Origin: Ignavibacteria bacterium
Lineage (GTDB): Bacteria; Bacteroidota; Ignavibacteria; DATCTW01
Direction of reading: 5' to 3'
NCBI GenBank assembly: GCA_036567745.1
Contig: DATCTW010000045.1
Coordinates: 74,471 to 138,470 of the forward strand
Length of the DNA: 64,000 bases
A program made the position numbers and the translations under genes. This document shows positions 62,562 through 64,000 of this stretch, piece by piece; position 1 is the first letter of the stretch; each line of letters opens with the position of its first letter. The notes under the pieces were generated by a model, which searched no databases, was not told the origin of the DNA, and saw nothing but the letters and a program-made list of their open reading frames with translations.

Positions 62562-64000
62562 TTACCTTCTGGTTAATTCCATTTCACCAGTCATCTCTTT
62601 ACCTTCACGCAACCAAATAACAGTTACTTTATCTCCGGGTTTAAAATCTCCGAGTGCGAATGTATAATCATATAAATTTTTTATGGTTTTGTTCCCAAGC
62701 TTTATGATGATGTCACCAGCTTTTAAACCAGCTTTGCTTGCAGGAGAGCCATCTCTTGTACCCTGAATCTTTACACCATTTGTTTCTTCGCTGAAATCTG
62801 GTATAATACCTGTAGATACTCTGACACCAGGCATATCTCTTCTTGAGAAACTATCAGATTTTGCTTTAACAAACTCAATTTTTGATTTTTCATTACTGAG
62901 ATCAGTTAGAACATTTTTTGCTAATTCAAGGATCGATTTTGTTCCGATAACATTAATTTTATCCCATGTATCAGATGGTTTATGATAATCGGGATGTAAA
63001 TCGGTAAAGAACATCATTACTGGAATATTTTTACCGTAGAATGATGAATTATCACTCGGACTAAAACCATCGTTGTTTGTTTTTAAATTAAATATTGAAT
63101 CTTTATTATACTTATTCAGTAAATTAATAAAAATTGGAGAAGATCCAGCTCCATTCACTATAAGTTTGTTATCTTTAAGTCTACCAATCATATCCATATT
63201 AATCATAGCTACTGTTTTTTCAAGAGGTACTAATGGATTTTTCACATAGTATGAAGAACCTAATAATCCTTCTTCTTCACCTGAAAAAGCCATAAAAATA
63301 AGTGTTCTTCCGATTTTATCTTTATTAGCACTAAAATATTGTGCGAGTTCTAATACGCCGGAAGTACCTGAGGCATTATCATCTGCGCCATAGTGAATAG
63401 CTTTTTTATCTGGTTCTACTGAGCCAGATCCGCCCAAACCAAGATGATCATAATGAGCGCCAATTATAATATATTCATTTTTTAAATTTGGATCATTCCC
63501 TTCAATATAGCCAATTACATTAAAAGTTTTTGCCTTATTTTCAATAATCTCTACCCATAAATCTGTTTGTAATTTATTAAAATTTACTTGAATGGGTTTG
63601 TTTTCAGTATTGATTTTTTTAGTCAATAAATCTAAATCCATTTTTTGAGATTTAAAAATATCTTTAGCAAGTTTATATGTTATTTGTATTATTGGAATAC
63701 CCACTTTTGATGATGATCTTTCAGATCTAATTTTTGGTAAGATATCCTTCTCATCAGCAGTTGGTATTTTTACAAAAATGATAGCTTTTGCGCCTTTATC
63801 TCTTGCAATAGTTGCTTTATATCTAATATTATCATATCTAAAATATTTTTTGCTACTATCGTTTTCTGGATAACCGGAGAGAATAATAACAATTTTATCC
63901 TTTACATCTATGGAAGCGTAATCATTATAGGTAGAATCTGGTAAAGATATTCCATAACCAGCAAAAATGAGTTCAGCTCTTACTTTTCCTGAAGATGAGC
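62562..64000 (-). CDS. PA-domain M28-family aminopeptidase with a C-terminal PDZ domain (5' end beyond the window)
   Basis: M28 zinc ligand blocks (GAHYDHLGLG, FSGEEEGLLGS, MDMIGR). The C-terminal PDZ is GLKAGDIIIKLGNK. The reading frame stays open upstream through 63705-64000 (PA-domain-like ...KIVIILSGYPEN...ARDKGAKAIIF). The listed M at 63704 is actually GTG/Val inside the ORF. Confidence 0.75.
   Translation of the reverse strand, partial: SSSGKVRAELIFAGYGISLPDSTYNDYASIDVKDKIVIILSGYPENDSSKKYFRYDNIRYKATIARDKGAKAIIFVKIPTADEKDILPKIRSERSSSKVGIPIIQITYKLAKDIFKSQKMDLDLLTKKINTENKPIQVNFNKLQTDLWVEIIENKAKTFNVIGYIEGNDPNLKNEYIIIGAHYDHLGLGGSGSVEPDKKAIHYGADDNASGTSGVLELAQYFSANKDKIGRTLIFMAFSGEEEGLLGSSYYVKNPLVPLEKTVAMINMDMIGRLKDNKLIVNGAGSSPIFINLLNKYNKDSIFNLKTNNDGFSPSDNSSFYGKNIPVMMFFTDLHPDYHKPSDTWDKINVIGTKSILELAKNVLTDLSNEKSKIEFVKAKSDSFSRRDMPGVRVSTGIIPDFSEETNGVKIQGTRDGSPASKAGLKAGDIIIKLGNKTIKNLYDYTFALGDFKPGDKVTVIWLREGKEMTGEMELTRR

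Overview
This is an AT-rich (about 30% GC) bacterial chromosomal window. The gene content looks Bacteroidota/Ignavibacteriota-like: a 287-aa primary sigma factor, and a tRNA-Thr/Tyr/Gly/Thr, rpmG, tRNA-Trp cluster feeding into secE-nusG-rplK-rplA-rplJ-rplL-rpoB-rpoC. The first ~7 kb is a compact minus-strand defense island. It holds a Type II R-M pair (orphan-fold REase plus beta-class N6A-type MTase), a NucS/DUF91-like PD-(D/E)xK nuclease with an unknown C-terminal domain, a frameshifted DUF805 gene, and a single-chain Type IIG/IIL restriction-modification enzyme. Two of the modules are preceded by the same duplicated leader: a 65-bp identical block followed by a conserved small upstream ORF with its own RBS. 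In the copy upstream of the REase, that small ORF ends 2 nt before an ATG of the nuclease gene. Downstream lie an MCP, a tRNA-Met, and a five-gene minus-strand signalling operon (1244-aa histidine kinase, receiver-GHKL fusion, two unknowns, sigma-54 activator) divergent from a multi-PAS histidine kinase. The rest is housekeeping: Gfo/Idh/MocA oxidoreductase, penicillin-acylase family hydrolase, three tandem Hsp20 genes, an FmdB/membrane/HD operon, HU, ribD-serine hydrolase-ribE, IDH-family dehydrogenase, DusB, MFS transporter, the ribosomal/RNAP core, PcrA/UvrD helicase, enolase, a phosphohexomutase, a GAF/degenerate-GGDEF protein, phosphopentomutase followed by two orphan EutN/CcmL-type microcompartment vertex genes, rpoD, three consecutive K/E-rich coiled-coil proteins, and a convergent PA-M28-PDZ peptidase that runs off the window end. 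I found no CRISPR array, IS element or rRNA.
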